This document shows positions 50,949 to 64,000 of a DNA stretch of 64,000 nt, piece by piece. How positions within the stretch are numbered: the stretch's first letter is position 1; every line of letters starts with the position of its first letter. The stretch is from NCBI GenBank assembly GCA_963924565.1, contig OZ004612.1:10354001-10418000 (forward strand). Direction: 5' to 3'. Source of the DNA: Ascidiella aspersa. Taxonomy: Eukaryota. A model generated the notes under the pieces. The model ran no database searches, had not been told where the DNA came from, and worked only from the letters and a program-made list of their open reading frames with translations. The translations under genes and the position numbers were made by a program.

Positions 50949-51238
50949 CAGGGGTTCTTAAAGTGGGGTCCATGGACCACTTGGTGGTCTGTGAAGGCCA
51001 AAATGATATATTAGTGTATATTTACAAAGGTAATTTAATTTTCTAAAAAAAGAGTTAAATTAAAAATAAAACGATTTTGCACTGAATGTATTTAGACCCT
51101 ATTTTCCTTCCACATTTTGTGGACCGAAAACTGCAGATGTGATGTCTATTTATGACGTCATTTTTGAATTTTTTTTGCTTACCGTGGTACACGCCAAGCA
51201 AAAAAAATTGTGGGTCCGCGGTGAAAAAAGAACCCCTG
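50949..51238. mobile_element. hAT MITE just downstream of the KIF20B-like stop codon
   Basis: TIR CAGGGGTTCTT/AAGAACCCCTG; TSD CTATAACA/TTTTAACA. Confidence 0.75.
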
Positions 51239-51310
51239 TTTTAACATGTCATTGTCATAGATAAAGAGCAATATATATACGCAGCGAGCGAGCGAACAGG
51301 GATCGCATTA

Positions 51311-54300
51311 TCAGTTTCGCTTCCTCAGGCGTCTGGTGCCGGGTTTGGAAACGTTCTGAGTCTGTGACAAGACTCCCACGCCCCGGCCGAGGGCGCTCAC
51401 GACTCCGTGGTCGTCCGGCGGCGTCGATTCGAGTGGGAGGGAAATATCTTCGGCGTGCAACTTGCGCACGCGACGTGTCGACTGGCGAAGCTGGAAAAAA
51501 TATTAATATGTTGTCTAGGATCGAAAATAAACACTTTTGGATCAGAGTTTTTTTTGCATGCTTGTGTTTTGGTGCTTTAGTTTTTTTTTATTTTGGAAAT
51601 TTGTACACAAAACGCGGTGATGTTGAGCAACATAGCACATTGAAATATGTCCAATTCGAGATTTAATTGGTACGCGTCACTTGCTTTAGAATACTTGTGG
51701 ATTTACTTCAATCTTGGTTGTTAAGTTATTAAGCTAGTACTACCTGTTTGGGCTGGATACTTAAAAACAGCTTCTTAACTATAAAAAGCTAGCGCACTCT
51801 CAGCCGATTAATATTAAATTCGTGTCTCGTCATAGGTCCGTATAATTATACCTGTGTATTTCAACTAGATAGCCACTTTACAAGTATTGCGCTGGGCAAC
51901 AATACGGGCTCCACATTAACCTAAGGAAAGGGATGCGAGGAACACATAACCACACTCCTAGAGTGACGTTAAGACTTAAAACTTCCACCACTGTGGCCTA
52001 TCAAGGTAGCGTATAGTTAATTTTACAGGTAAATAATTAGTTTTAAATGTAGATATATTCAGCAGTTTGATCTTGGGCAATTTAATTATCGATACGTACT
52101 TGATCGGTTTGTGGGCATCCAGTGTTGAGTGGACTGCTGATAACAGTTGGTGAACGGCTTGGTGAGATGGCCGTACCTATCCGCTTCAGTGCTGCAATTT
52201 ATTTAATGGGTTTATTTTTGTATAAAATATGTTTAATATATAGCGACAAAAGCATATATACCCGTATGTCTTAAACAAATGTTTCATAAGACTATTGAGT
52301 CCAGAGTCCGACGTACCCTTGCAATACAGTAACAATAACGGAAATAATAAGGCCACACACAAAGGTGCATATAGGTTTAAATATTTTGAACCGAACTATT
52401 TCGGGTGGATAAATTATATGTAGCCACTATGTAGCTTGCTGCGTATGTGCACTTTTGCACTATTCGAGTTACTTTAGTCGGTTCCGCTGTCCTGGTTTTC
52501 GTTTGCAATGATGTATACCGCATGTGAATCAGCTTTTATTTGAAATTTCTACATTTTTAAAAAGAGCACCTATAGGTTTATCACTCGTGCTATCAGCTTA
52601 CTATACGTTAGCCAAGGATGTTTTCTGGTGCTGGTTTTGTACTACTGAAGAGGCTCAAGTTAACCGACAAAAATAATAACAAAAAAGACAAACTATGGAA
52701 AAGTTTTAAAGAAATCATAAAGGATATTCACTGTGAGTTAAAAAAATATTACCTTATAAAAATGGTTATCACCAAAACAGATAATTTCAGTTCAGGGCAA
52801 TAACTTTTAACAAGCAAAGTTTAGCAAGGTTATCTCCCTGTCTGTATTGCGCGAAATTCTCCAGTCGCTCTTTTCCGATTGTTTCACGACACTCATTAAC
52901 GGCACCAAAACAACATCAACAACCAGGCCTATCCGATTCGCGTTTGAACCTACTTTGCGCCACCGGCGAATTGCGCAGTATGTCGCCCACTTTGCTGATG
53001 TTTTTGAAGCGGTTCAGCGACTGGGTGTCCGCGTCCTCTGCAACCTCTTCCGCGGCCTCCTTCCGTCCTTTGCGCGTGCGCATTGAGCGCTTGCCGAGGT
53101 CTGTGTCGCCGGGTAAGCTCACCGAGTCCTGAACACAGAAGTTGCACGTCGAATGCGGTAAGCGGAAAAGACACGAAGCGTAAAAATTTTAATTGGAAAA
53201 TGAGGAAAATCAGAGTATAATAGTTACTTTAACGTTCAAGTCCGTGTTCAAACATTAAAACTCACTGTGAAAAAGCTGTCAAATTATATATTTATAGAGT
53301 GTTTGGCAGACTTCTTAAAACTCAAAGAGTGAGCGTGCCATATTTGCAAAATAGTCGTTAAGAAAAACGGCAAAACTTGTTAATAATCTGGACTGCGTTC
53401 TTTACCGAGTCCTGAGCACAGAAGTTGCACGTCGAATGTGGTACGCGGAAACGAAACGAGTCGGAAGAATTTAAAGTTATTGAAAAATGTTGCGTGCAGC
53501 TGCAGACTTGTGAATCGTTAGGTTGTTAAGTCTATACTGGCGTGCGGCATGTGTATTTCTGTTCCGAAAAAAACGGAAAAGCAAAATAATTGTACTTAAA
53601 AAAAATTAAATAATTTTGTTCAAAATCCTTCAAACCTTAAACAAGCCCGACTTTCCAAATCTAAAACCAGCTGGATTGGATGTTGTTAATATTAAACACA
53701 TAGAAACTATTGGTTCGGTGGACAATGTCGACTGCATACCAATAAAAAAAACAAAAGGAGGGACAAGCAAAAAACATTGGTATGGGACCGAACAAACACA
53801 AATTACAAACGACATGCAAATTAAAAAAAACATTGCGACGTTTAAAAGCCTTGTAGTATGATACGAATGCGATCAATGTTTGAAGGTATTACTATTAGCT
53901 TTTTAATTGTTAGTGCAAGATGCATGATGGTTAGTATTTGGCAAATCGCGAACTACACCCAAATTATTAAAAAAATGATGAACAATTATAAAAAAAACAG
54001 AAGTATCGTTTATTCTATAGCGAAAAGCCTTTATATTTGCAGCTTCAGACAAATTTGGCGTAATGCAAGCGCTTTAGGCCAACAACTACAAGCGTGGGTT
54101 CATTAGTATTTGCGGTTACAATTGCTGTCGGCTGAAGCCGTTTGCGCGAAATAATTTTCGAAATTTAGTGACTATCTGTGAAAACGAACCTGATCAAAGT
54201 TCGACAGCAATTGACTAAATTTCAAATGAACCACCACTACCACGTCATGCAACTACGTATTGTGACGTCAACCTACGTTGATTGTCCTGAAGCGCTTAGC

Positions 54301-57300
54301 CAATCGCGAACGAATTTCCATTGGACTTGCAGCTAAAACGTCCTATGGCACAAAACAAACGAAAATAAAATACATCATCACAGTCACACGAAAATCTATA
54401 AAAAATGCCCATTAGAGTTTGCATCTTATTGATATCTTCGATTGTTGTTTACAGTTGCTAGCTTTTGGCATGGATTGAAAAAAACTAAAATCAAATATCG
54501 TTCTGTTGATTTCACGCGTGAACAAAACGTAGTAAACCAAACCGTGCTGTGAAAAAGTAAATTCGTTTGCACGAAATTACTCAACCAATCGTAAGTAAAA
54601 AAAGCAAACAAATCAAACCAAATAGTTTAATTTATATTAGCGTGAGAGGACTTAAGCCTCACTTTTCACCCATACAAAATTTAAAATTTAATCAAAAAGG
54701 CAGCGTACATCAACTTTAAAGCAGTGCAAGTTTTTTTCTATGCAATATCCCTAAATGTCATAATCCACATTTTACCAGTATACCACTAAATGTAACATTT
54801 GTATTGTGGTGAAGAAAAACGGTCTTTTAAATTTATTTCCTTTCTTACAAAAAGTTTAGTAATCGAAACTGGGTGAAAAGTTGTATAGTTAACGGTGGAC
54901 TGTAATTTGCAGGCCAAACTCATTGTCCGTTGAATTTGAATTAACGAAGGGTTAATTTACTCCAAGTTACAAGTGCCTGTTTTAAATGCACAAAAACTAA
55001 TAAATTAACTAGCGTATTTATCGTTTATCAATTACGAAGGCAGATGTGGAGGCGGTCGTTTCTTCCTTGCTCCCGCCCTTCGTTCTCTTGCGACCCCTGG
55101 CGGATTTCTTGAGCACCGGGGTGACGTCCATCTCGATCTCGGGTTTGGGAAAGCCCCTGCTCTCTCTTGAATCTGCAGCAAAAAACAGCGAGGGGTAAAC
55201 TTTATCTATTTTTTTACATTTATACTTGGTACGCAAAAAAACACGCCCTGATGTTGATTTCAAAACAAACGATCGTTACGTATCTTGTAAAGTTACGTTA
55301 AGAGGCCGGAAGATAAAAATTAAATGTCCACCATAGCCAACATTGGTTTAAATTTATAGTCTCAGTGTTTCTCTGTCTCATGGACCCCTTTAGATTCCTT
55401 AAAATTATGGCTGACCCCACTAATTTAAAAATAAGGGCAATAGTTAATTTAACGTTTAAAGCATCACTCATTTAAACTATTCACTGTGAAACAGCTGTTA
55501 AATTTAAATAATCCTAAGATGTTTCGCGGAAAGAGTATAACCGTGTAATATTTCTAAAATAGTCCTCTAAGAAAAACGGTGAAACTTGTTAAAAAGCTGT
55601 ACTGCGTTTTTCACATTTTTGAAAATATTTTACTCATTTGGTAATTATTTTACTGATGGGTAATGCAGAGCAGAGTCCACACTTACCATCCGCGAAATCG
55701 GATGCGATGGGGGTGGCGGGACGCGGCGCCGACTTCTTTTTTCTGGATGAAGTCTTCTTCACCACGGGTTTGCGAGACGACGTTTTCCTAGGGGCGCGGG
55801 TTCGACGCTTGGCCGGCACTTCATCTGCGCAACACACGAATACTGTTGGAAAGCACATACAATTAAGTAGATTTAGCGATCAACAGTGCTAGTGTTAAGC
55901 CGAATCTTGTTTTTTGCTGAAAGGCTTGTCGCGGACCTCGTGTGCGGACACAACTTTGACCTAAAACTTTATTATGAGAAATTCGCGATTTGCTAGAACG
56001 CAAACGCCAAGCTCTTTGTTTAGCAAATGCGACTAGCGCGTACGTTAGCTCCTAAAAGCCGATATCTAACGCCATGGCAAAATCAAAGCTGCCCCGTTTA
56101 TTAAAACGTGGATTATTCAAATTGTTTCTTCAGTGCTAAAATGTGTATAACAACGAGTGATTGAACCTAAAAACGTAAAGGCGTAAAGGTGAAAACGAAA
56201 TAAGGTGATAGGTAAAGTGAAGAAATTTATTCAAAATAAATCAGTAAGTCAACAAAACAGTGGTGTTTAAGTGGTTTCCATGACAAACTAAATCAACAAT
56301 GGTAAAAAAAACATAAACTACATTACAATTACCCAAACGCAATCAACGTCCAAAAAGAACTATAAACTTATAGGCATTAACTACTATCAAATCGTTAAAT
56401 CCCATATGATATAAATTTAAGTTACTTAAGAAGTTGTCAAAAAAATAAAAAAAGTAATATGCGGATTGAAAAAGATCGTCATTTAGAAACCACGCAAACG
56501 GCTAAAACGTTTTGAACAAATTAACTTAATAAAAGACGACCTACAGCCAATCGAGTGACGAGTAATTAAGCGACAGCACTCGTTACTCTACAAACAGTCG
56601 ATCAACCCAACAAAACCTTGCTCACCGTCGGACTGCGAGTTTTCAGTCGCTTCCTTCTTCACCACAACCTCGGCATCTTCTAAAACCTTGGGAGCTTCAT
56701 CCGCTTGCTTTACCTCTTGCTCCATTGCGTCCTGGGGCTCCTGCTCCTTGTTGACCTCCTCTTCTACGTTGGGATTCCGGAGCGGAGTTCCAGCCATGCA
56801 GGTGCTCATGTCGTGGACGGCCACCATCATGCCGTCGCCGTGTGGAGCCGGGGGTTCTGCGTGGCTCTAATGAGGAGCAGTGGAGGAAAATTCAATCGTT
56901 ACAGCTGCATATATCTGATGCACATTTGGGTCTGGATTGGCCGGTTTCTTGAGGTTAATTGTTTTCGACCCACCACCATCATGGCGTCGCCGTGTGAAGC
57001 AGGGCCGCATTGGAGGAAAACGTTTTGCGCCAAGTTACGGGTAATGATAGGTGAGATAATGACATTCGGCAATTTTTATTGATTCTTAAGTCATCGTTGC
57101 TTTTTTCTTGTTATATTTTATCTGTATGTCTTATTCCCTTAATTTACTTTATACACTTTAAACCAAACGATCGACAAGGGCTACCCGATACCATAACTAA
57201 AATATATGTTTTATTCACTGCCACATAGACATTGCAGTAAACGCTATAATCTGCCTGCAACTTGAGCCCATATGCTTTCCACGACTAGTAACGGTTCAAC

Positions 57301-60300
57301 GTTTTAGTAAAAAAAAATTGTTGTATTAATTTTTTCGGTGAAATTTACTAAGTTTAACTGTACCTTGTCAGGCGAGAGGATTTCTTGTTTAACTGGACGC
57401 AACATTGCCGAGGCAGAAATACTCTTGTTCTGCGAACAAATAAAAGTTGAAAAACATTAGCACAAGTTGAAATAAACCTAAACAAACACTTTTACTACGG
57501 CGTACAGCCGGTTAGTTAGTCAGAAACAAATTTACCAGGTCGCAACTTAACTATGGTAAAAATGGCTATTTTACCGGTAGGCAATGTTTATTATAATAAA
57601 CATACAATCAACACTTTTTATGGAACTAAATTATTATCAGCAGTAAACTAAAGTGTTTAGAGTCGTTTACCACACAGCCCTTGCATGTCGACCTGGAATG
57701 TGTATCGTGATTGGCTTTCCCATAGCACATCTAAATGATTCGAAAATCTTTGTCGGTCAAACAAATTAAACCTAAAAAGAGCTTACCATGTTCCGCGATT
57801 TATCGAGTGCTGACTTCGCGCTGTTCTTGGCTACGTGGACCTCAGCCTTCAGTCGGGAGTTTTCGCTTTTCAGTTGAACGTTGGCGGATATCTGACCGTC
57901 TAGTTTCTCCTGGTGGGCGACAAATAGAGGAATTAAAAGCTTTTCATCCAGGAAAAAACAGCTTAGTGTGTAGAACGCAATTTTGGATGTAGTCTACACA
58001 ACATTTTTGCTTATGTGGTTGATGTCGCAATTGCGATATTTTAATTTGTATTGTTCAGGTCGATCGTAAAACATATTAAAAAATCTACAAAATACCTATT
58101 CATTGCACTGGTTTGAGTCATTCACTTTATGTTGGCACTACTATTAAAAACAGATGTCTTCGCGGGAGCAACTACAGTAGCGGTTCTGAACCTAGGATAA
58201 TTACCCACATGTGGGTAATTTCAGGATAGCAGGTGGGTAATCAGCTGAACCAGAATATTTGGAATTATGGTTGTAACAAACAATGTCACAGCTAAGTGGT
58301 AAAGTTGTTTTATTACTTACACATTTTTTGATGTTTTGAGTCCGTTCAAAATAACCAAACAATGAAACAAACACAGTGATATTTTATCATTTTTAGAATT
58401 GTGTTGTCATAATGATCAACGCTGTTTTATATTTTTAGCATGGCAAAATAGCAAAAAAGATAAAATTAGAATTTGTGTAATGGACTAAAAATGGTAAGAA
58501 CCCCTGAAATACAGCAATGCAAATAAAGCAATGCGTTGAAAATAAATGCATTAAAATAGATCCCCAACTAACATTATTGCAATCATAGGCAACAGTGGTA
58601 TAAAACAAAAGTTAACAAACCCTAGCAATTCACATAAAATACGACGTGTCGAAAAGGTGTTTCACAGGTTAAAAATCGATATATTTATCAGCCGATACCT
58701 TTAGCAGTGCATTGCAGGACTTTTGGCTGTTGATCTGGGATTCGAGAGCCGACGCGATTCGATCTCTCCCCTCTCGGAACTTGCGAAGTTCTTCCTCCTT
58801 CGATTGATTCGTTTTTTCGATCTTTAAAACAGCAACTTAATTAATCACTCGAAAAACATAAAAATATTTGCTATTCTAATATTCCAATTGAAAAATTTTT
58901 CTTCAGGCAAAATTTTATTAAAGTACCTACGTTTCGACCACCTATGCGGGCAATCTTCTTCAGGGCAATACAATTGTATAGACGAAATAAATATATACAT
59001 ATATATTATATACCTGACAAACAATAAAGGAAAAAATAGGCTAAAATATGTTTTGTTTGCAATATGGGCTTCTACGAAGAACTATACTATTTAACAAACC
59101 TCTTCTTCCATTTCTTTAATCCTGTCTTCGTTCTTAGACAGTTTCGCCTTCAATAGTTCTTCCCTTTGAAGTACTTTTTCCATCTAAAGTAAACAAGTCG
59201 CTTGTTTAGGAAAGCCAGAGTCTACTAAAGGGACTGAACAACATAGAACTTTTTATAACACAAACCGATAGAGTAGAAATGAATTCACAAATTAACGCAA
59301 AAAACAACAAAGTAAATAAAGTTAAAAATTATGTTAAGAAGTGCGTTTATGTAACTTCAGTCAGAACCCAAGCTTAGCGTACTACTTTTATAAGATTTAA
59401 AACGTTAAAACAGGTTTGCCACATACATTTATGAAAACTGTTTTTTTCAAAGACATCGAAAGACCAAAATTTATGGTTTTCAAAGACCTAAACTTAGACG
59501 ACTTGACGTCTTTTCTTGATATATTTTCAACACAAATCAGTATACACGCCATGGACGACAAATGACAAATAGGAAAAACTTCGGGTCATGGAAAGACTTT
59601 TCAATATGCAAATCATTTTAAAGACATTCATAGATTTTAAAGATTTAAAGACATTGTGGAAACCCTGCAATATCAATACTACAGCAATCGTCTTATTATT
59701 AGTAATGTTACCGTCCAAATCACCGTACGCATTTTTTTGATGTTATCGAGAAGCAAAAGCTGATGGCAGGTATTCCAACCGGGTTATTGTTTTTTTTGCA
59801 AAACACGTGTGCAGTACATAAAATATCTAATTTTTAAGAGTATAGTTACCTCTTTAAGCTCTGCCAAAACGCCTTTCTTTTCCTCTGTAAGGGCGGCAAG
59901 ATTTTTGTTGAGCTGCTCCATTTCCATTTCCTTGTCGACCTTTTCCTTTTCATATTTCTCCAACATCGCTTGTTGGTTGTCCTGTCCATTAAAAATGTAT
60001 TAAAAACTAAGGGTTTAAATGCAGAGATTCGCCATGTTATATCTAACTTAATGGCATTAACTAGCAGTAGCTAATGGCGCAATTTAAGTTTTGAAATAAA
60101 AGGCATTTACATTCTATAAAGCCACATTGAATTGGTAGATTTCGCAAATAGGGTAAATTTAGGGCATTACACGTTGTAAAAAGTTGTAATTATTGAATAA
60201 AAATCAAATAATACGGGATAAAAAGCTTTATCTTAATTGGTATATTAAATGGCACTTCAGTATTAAATTTGGTTATATAACAGTAAACCTTACTAAGATT

Positions 60301-63300
60301 TTCTATTCAGTAAATCTTTGCCGGAATAATGGACTATGAAGAGATGAAACACAGGTAAAATTTTAATATAATTTACAAACCAATCCTTGTGAGATAAATA
60401 CCAACTTTCGGTATTAAGTATAATAAACAAGACACGTGTAAAAGCCATACACTTCGCAGCGGTTTAGAGACTTGTCTTCTACGAAATTATTACAGTTTCA
60501 AAGTCGAAATTACGTTTTTCAAATCTATGTCAAACCTGAAATTTTTCCATTTCTTTAAGAGCCAGCTTCATTTTTTCCACTTCTGAGGCTTCGGCTACCG
60601 TCATTTTCGGCTGCTGATCCTGTGCGAGAATTAGACATTGATAAAATAATATTAATACAAAAGTTAGTGTTATAAACGTAAAACAATAAAGCTGACTATT
60701 AACAGGCCAGAAAATCTTTTAATTAAAAAATACATTGTATCTTCCGTAAGAGAAATTTACCGAAAAACAAGTTACAGTCAAATTTAAAGAAAAGAAACTT
60801 TTTCAAGCGTTTTAGACAAAAAGTTAAACAAACGCAAAAAAGTTGTAAATGGCCCAACTGATTTTGTTTACCTCTGTGTTTTGCATTTTCTTTTTTAGTT
60901 CGCCCAGTTCCTTTTCCAGGTCTCTTGTTTTTTCCAACAGGTCATCGCGTTCGGTTGTCAATATCTTAACATCCTGCGAACACGATAAAGAGGCAATATG
61001 AAGAATATTAAGTCTGTACACGTACCTTGGCCATGTAAAAACAAATATTACTTCAGTTAGCAATTGTACACTGCAACCTGAGTTAAGTAAAGGGAAAAAA
61101 TCAGTATAAAACAGGGTGGGCCGAGAATACTAATTTGTAAGCAAGACTTTACTCAGTTTACAGTCGAAACCGAGTTTCGTGCACGAGCGAAAACCACAGT
61201 CACCAATCTTTGAAAAGAACCTTTATAACACATCTTTGCCGCTAAGTTGTGTATACAAATACATAAGTACATTAATCAGTGTGGAGCCCTTGATTGTAAA
61301 ATATCTCAAATAGCACAAGAAATTAAACTTCGACACCCTGGTTAGAGCTTGAAGGGCGTAAAAGTTGAGTAGAGGAAAAACAGCTTGTATATCGTGAGTT
61401 GAAGCCAGAGTGCACGAACAGCGTTAAAATTTGTAAAACATATTTAAGCGCCACAGTTTTACAGTGCTTCTTATGTGCCCTGTATACCTTTACCCAACCT
61501 AAAAACATCTCAAAAAGCAGGATACCTAAAATTTTGTTTGTTCCAACCTGAGCCAGCAGTTCAGAGCATAGGAAAGTTTAAGCCAGAGTACAAGAACAGC
61601 GTTAAATTTGCAAAAACAACATATTTAACTGCACCAGTTTTGCAGTGTTTCTTCAGTGGCCTATATACACCTTTACCCAACCTAAAAAACATCTCAAAAA
61701 GCAGGATACCTAAAATATTGTTTCTTACCTGAGACAGCAGCGCAGAGTATAGGTAAGTTTAAGCCAGAGTACAAAAATAGCGTTAAATTTATAAAACACA
61801 TTTAACCGCCACAGTTTTGCTGTTTTTTAGTTGCCTGCATACCTTTACCAATCATAAGACATTTTAATAAGCAGGATACCTAAAATATTGTTTCCCCAAC
61901 CTGAAACAGTAGTGCAGAGTATAGGAAAGTTCAAGCAAGTACAAGAACAGCGTTAAAATTTGTAAAACACATTTAACCGCCACAGTTTTACAGTGCTTCT
62001 TTAGTGTTTTACCCAGACCTAACCTTAAACCTAAAATATTGTCCTAAAATATCGTTTCTCACCTGAGACAGCGTTGCATTGATGGAGGTGCGCTTCTCTT
62101 CGACCTTCTTGTTGCTCTGCTGCAGTTTGCTGGCTTCGGACAGCTTGGCGGTCAATCGGTCAACTTCGGCGATCAGCTGGGTCTCCAGCTTACCGGCGGT
62201 GTCCAGCTCTTTACGCGCCCGCATCAAGTCCTCACGCTCTTCAGCCAGCTTCGATTCAATCTTGAGGAGCTCTTTCTGCGAGCGGGTCATAGAGGGTATA
62301 GCTTAGTTAATCTCCAAAGTAACGTTTCCCTTTCCGAAGAGATTTTTTTCCTAATCGAAGCATTTTTCTTCATTGCTGGCCTGCAAACCGTAAGCAATCA
62401 AAAGCAATTTGGCGCTTTTATTATTTTTTCGTAGGTAAATGTAAAGATAGGAGCGATACGAACTAAAGTTAACTTCACATATACACAAAACATAATTAAT
62501 CCGTGACTGACTTAATATAGACCATAGTGGTACTGTGGTAGCCATTTGATTTTGTTTGCAAAGGTAACTGATTTCCTGCGACGTAATAGATTTTCCTGCG
62601 ACACAAGGAGCGAAAGCCATGTCACAACTTTCACATATTATATATCCTTGTTAAATTGTCACTTTCAGAAGACATTATGTATTTCAAAATCGTTCGCTGA
62701 ATTAAATGTTAGAAATAAAGAAACGCGAGCACATGACAAATTCTTTATCTTTAAAAATGCAGTTTATAATAAATGCAATAACAATAGAAAGATGTAAACG
62801 AGAACCTGGTGTTCCTTGTCACACTTTTTGCTCGCATTGTCTCGTTCCCGTTCCGCCTTTGCGATTTTGAGCTGCATCTCATCGATAATCTTGGCGCCCT
62901 TGTCTTTTTCCTCCTGCAGCAGACCAGCGCTCTTTTTCTGCTCTTCCGTTATCTTTCGGATGCCGTTATCTTTCTCCTCCTGAAGCAGGGTGGTCCACTT
63001 CTCCCTTTGTTCACGGAGGCTATCCTCCAGTCGTTCGGCTTCGGCGGACTTTAGCTCGGCACACTGAAGAGCTTCCTCCAGCGTCGAAGTCAGGTCGGCG
63101 TTTTTCGCAGCAAGCTAATAAAAGAACACTATGCTTGACATTATACTTCGATACTAATATCCGATATTAAGGACAACAAGTATCGAGATTTTATCCGATT
63201 CCAAATGATGCCATTAATATAATCAAACAGGCAGACTAGATGAATTTAAAGGTTTAAGAGTAATTATTTCAGATTAATTGGCTAAAATTTGCTTCAGGGT

Positions 63301-64000
63301 GAAAATTTTTACTTACCTCCAGTTTCCAAATTACTAGATTTTGATTAAGGACAACTTCAAAGTAGAAATTGCTGCGCACATTATGGCTAAAATTCTGAAC
63401 AGATCCCGACCTAGTACCCACACTGCCCCTTGGAATCGTGTGTGGGCCATTGGGCTGCAATCCTAATTATTGAGCATCCCTACTCAAAACAGTGGGTAAT
63501 CTGCTAATTTATAGACGCGGGGCTTGCCAAACAAAACAAAAAACGCTTCAAGAAAACAAGCACAAAAAAGGTCGACCGATATAACTTTTACGGACCTTTT
63601 TTTGTGTTAAGCAAATAGAAAAGTTGTTTCTTTTTCAGAAAAAAATATATCATACTTTTGTAGTAAAATATCGGCCGAAATTTACCGACGCCGATATATA
63701 TATCGCACGATATTTCCGGCAAACCGATATATATGACTTAAAAAAAAACACAAACAAAGACTTAAAAAAATGCCGAGCAACGCACCACGGCCGCTTCCGA
63801 CTTAAGCTCAGACATCTCAACCACGACGATCTCCTTATTTTCCTCAGCCATTGCGGCGAAACGAGTTGCTTTCTGATCGGCCGCGGTTACTTCGCTTCTG
63901 GCTTTCTCGAGGGCAGCTTCGGCCTCGGCCAGGCGTTTTTGCAGCTCGCTGACCTTTGCTGTTCCCTCGCATTTCAGCTCGTCAACTTCGAACTGGAGCT
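51311..64000 (-). CDS. KIF20B: Kinesin-6 KIF20B (MPHOSPH1)-like, coiled-coil stalk and tail; 5' part outside window
   Basis: Exons >64000-63786, 63114-62806, 62275-62063, 60973-60872, 60619-60536, 59981-59850, 59183-59100, 58821-58699, 57909-57787, 57429-57364, 56866-56626, 55824-55687, 55172-55036, 53128-52954, 52191-52100, 51490-51311, phase-consistent. Tail motifs FPKPEIEMDVTP, KVGDILRNSP, RKLHAEDISLPLE, RRLRKR match, in order, vertebrate KIF20B motifs as I recall them (FPKPELEIQFTP, GDFLQHSP, RKLYTSEISSP, RRLRTK). Motor domain not seen. Confidence 0.78.
58924..58967 (-). ncRNA. Minimal type I hammerhead motif, canonical core
   Basis: TGCC-CTGAAGA-A-GATTGCC(CGCATA)GGTGGTC-GAAA-CG-TA^GGTA: 7-bp stem II (3 G-U pairs), 4-bp stem I, GUA site, followed by AATAAA. 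Confidence 0.72.
61400..62075. repeat. Intronic tandem repeat, ~4 units of 160-180 bp, each including a copy of the exon 3' end and 5' splice site
   Basis: Recurrent AAGCCAGAGTACAAGAACAGCGTTAAA...GGATACCTAAAATATTGTTT..ACCTGAG; unit junctions at 61547/8, 61728/9, 61900/1 and the true donor at 62062/3. Confidence 0.85.

Noticed and set aside
56968-57022. Partial duplicate of the start of exon 56866-56626 as an alternative exon
   Set aside because: The acceptor AG region is deleted in the copy; treated as a decayed duplication.
61400-62075. CRISPR-like array
   Set aside because: Long degenerate units without unique spacers, in a eukaryotic intron.

Overview
Eukaryotic animal genomic DNA: AT-rich introns, GC-richer exons, GT-AG splicing. 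A compact invertebrate genome such as an ascidian is my guess, not proven. Five intron-rich protein genes were assembled by hand with consistent splice phases: (1) a ZP-domain membrane protein (SP-ZP-N-EGF-like-LDLa-ZP-furin-TM, minus, 352-21319); (2) a Sulfotransfer_4-type sulfotransferase-like protein (plus, 26681-30717); (3) an MXRA7-like protein (plus, 31739-35276); (4) splicing factor SF3A1 (minus, 35649-50295); (5) the 3' part of a KIF20B-like kinesin (minus, 51311 to beyond 64000). Two identical tRNA-Ile(AAT)/tRNA-Phe(GAA) pairs with a 4-nt spacer lie antisense in ZP-gene introns. Introns hold many hAT- and Harbinger-type MITEs. The most unusual signal is a set of small intronic retro-insertions carrying minimal Penelope-type hammerhead ribozyme motifs: three with canonical cores and one family with a U3-A8 core variant, a foldback structure and 11-12-bp TSDs. 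A fifth is a 513-bp TSD-flanked, partly inverted, circularly permuted element with a tRNA-like Pol III promoter and a hammerhead-like motif (retrozyme/SM-alpha-like). All coordinates were counted by hand; no database search was possible.
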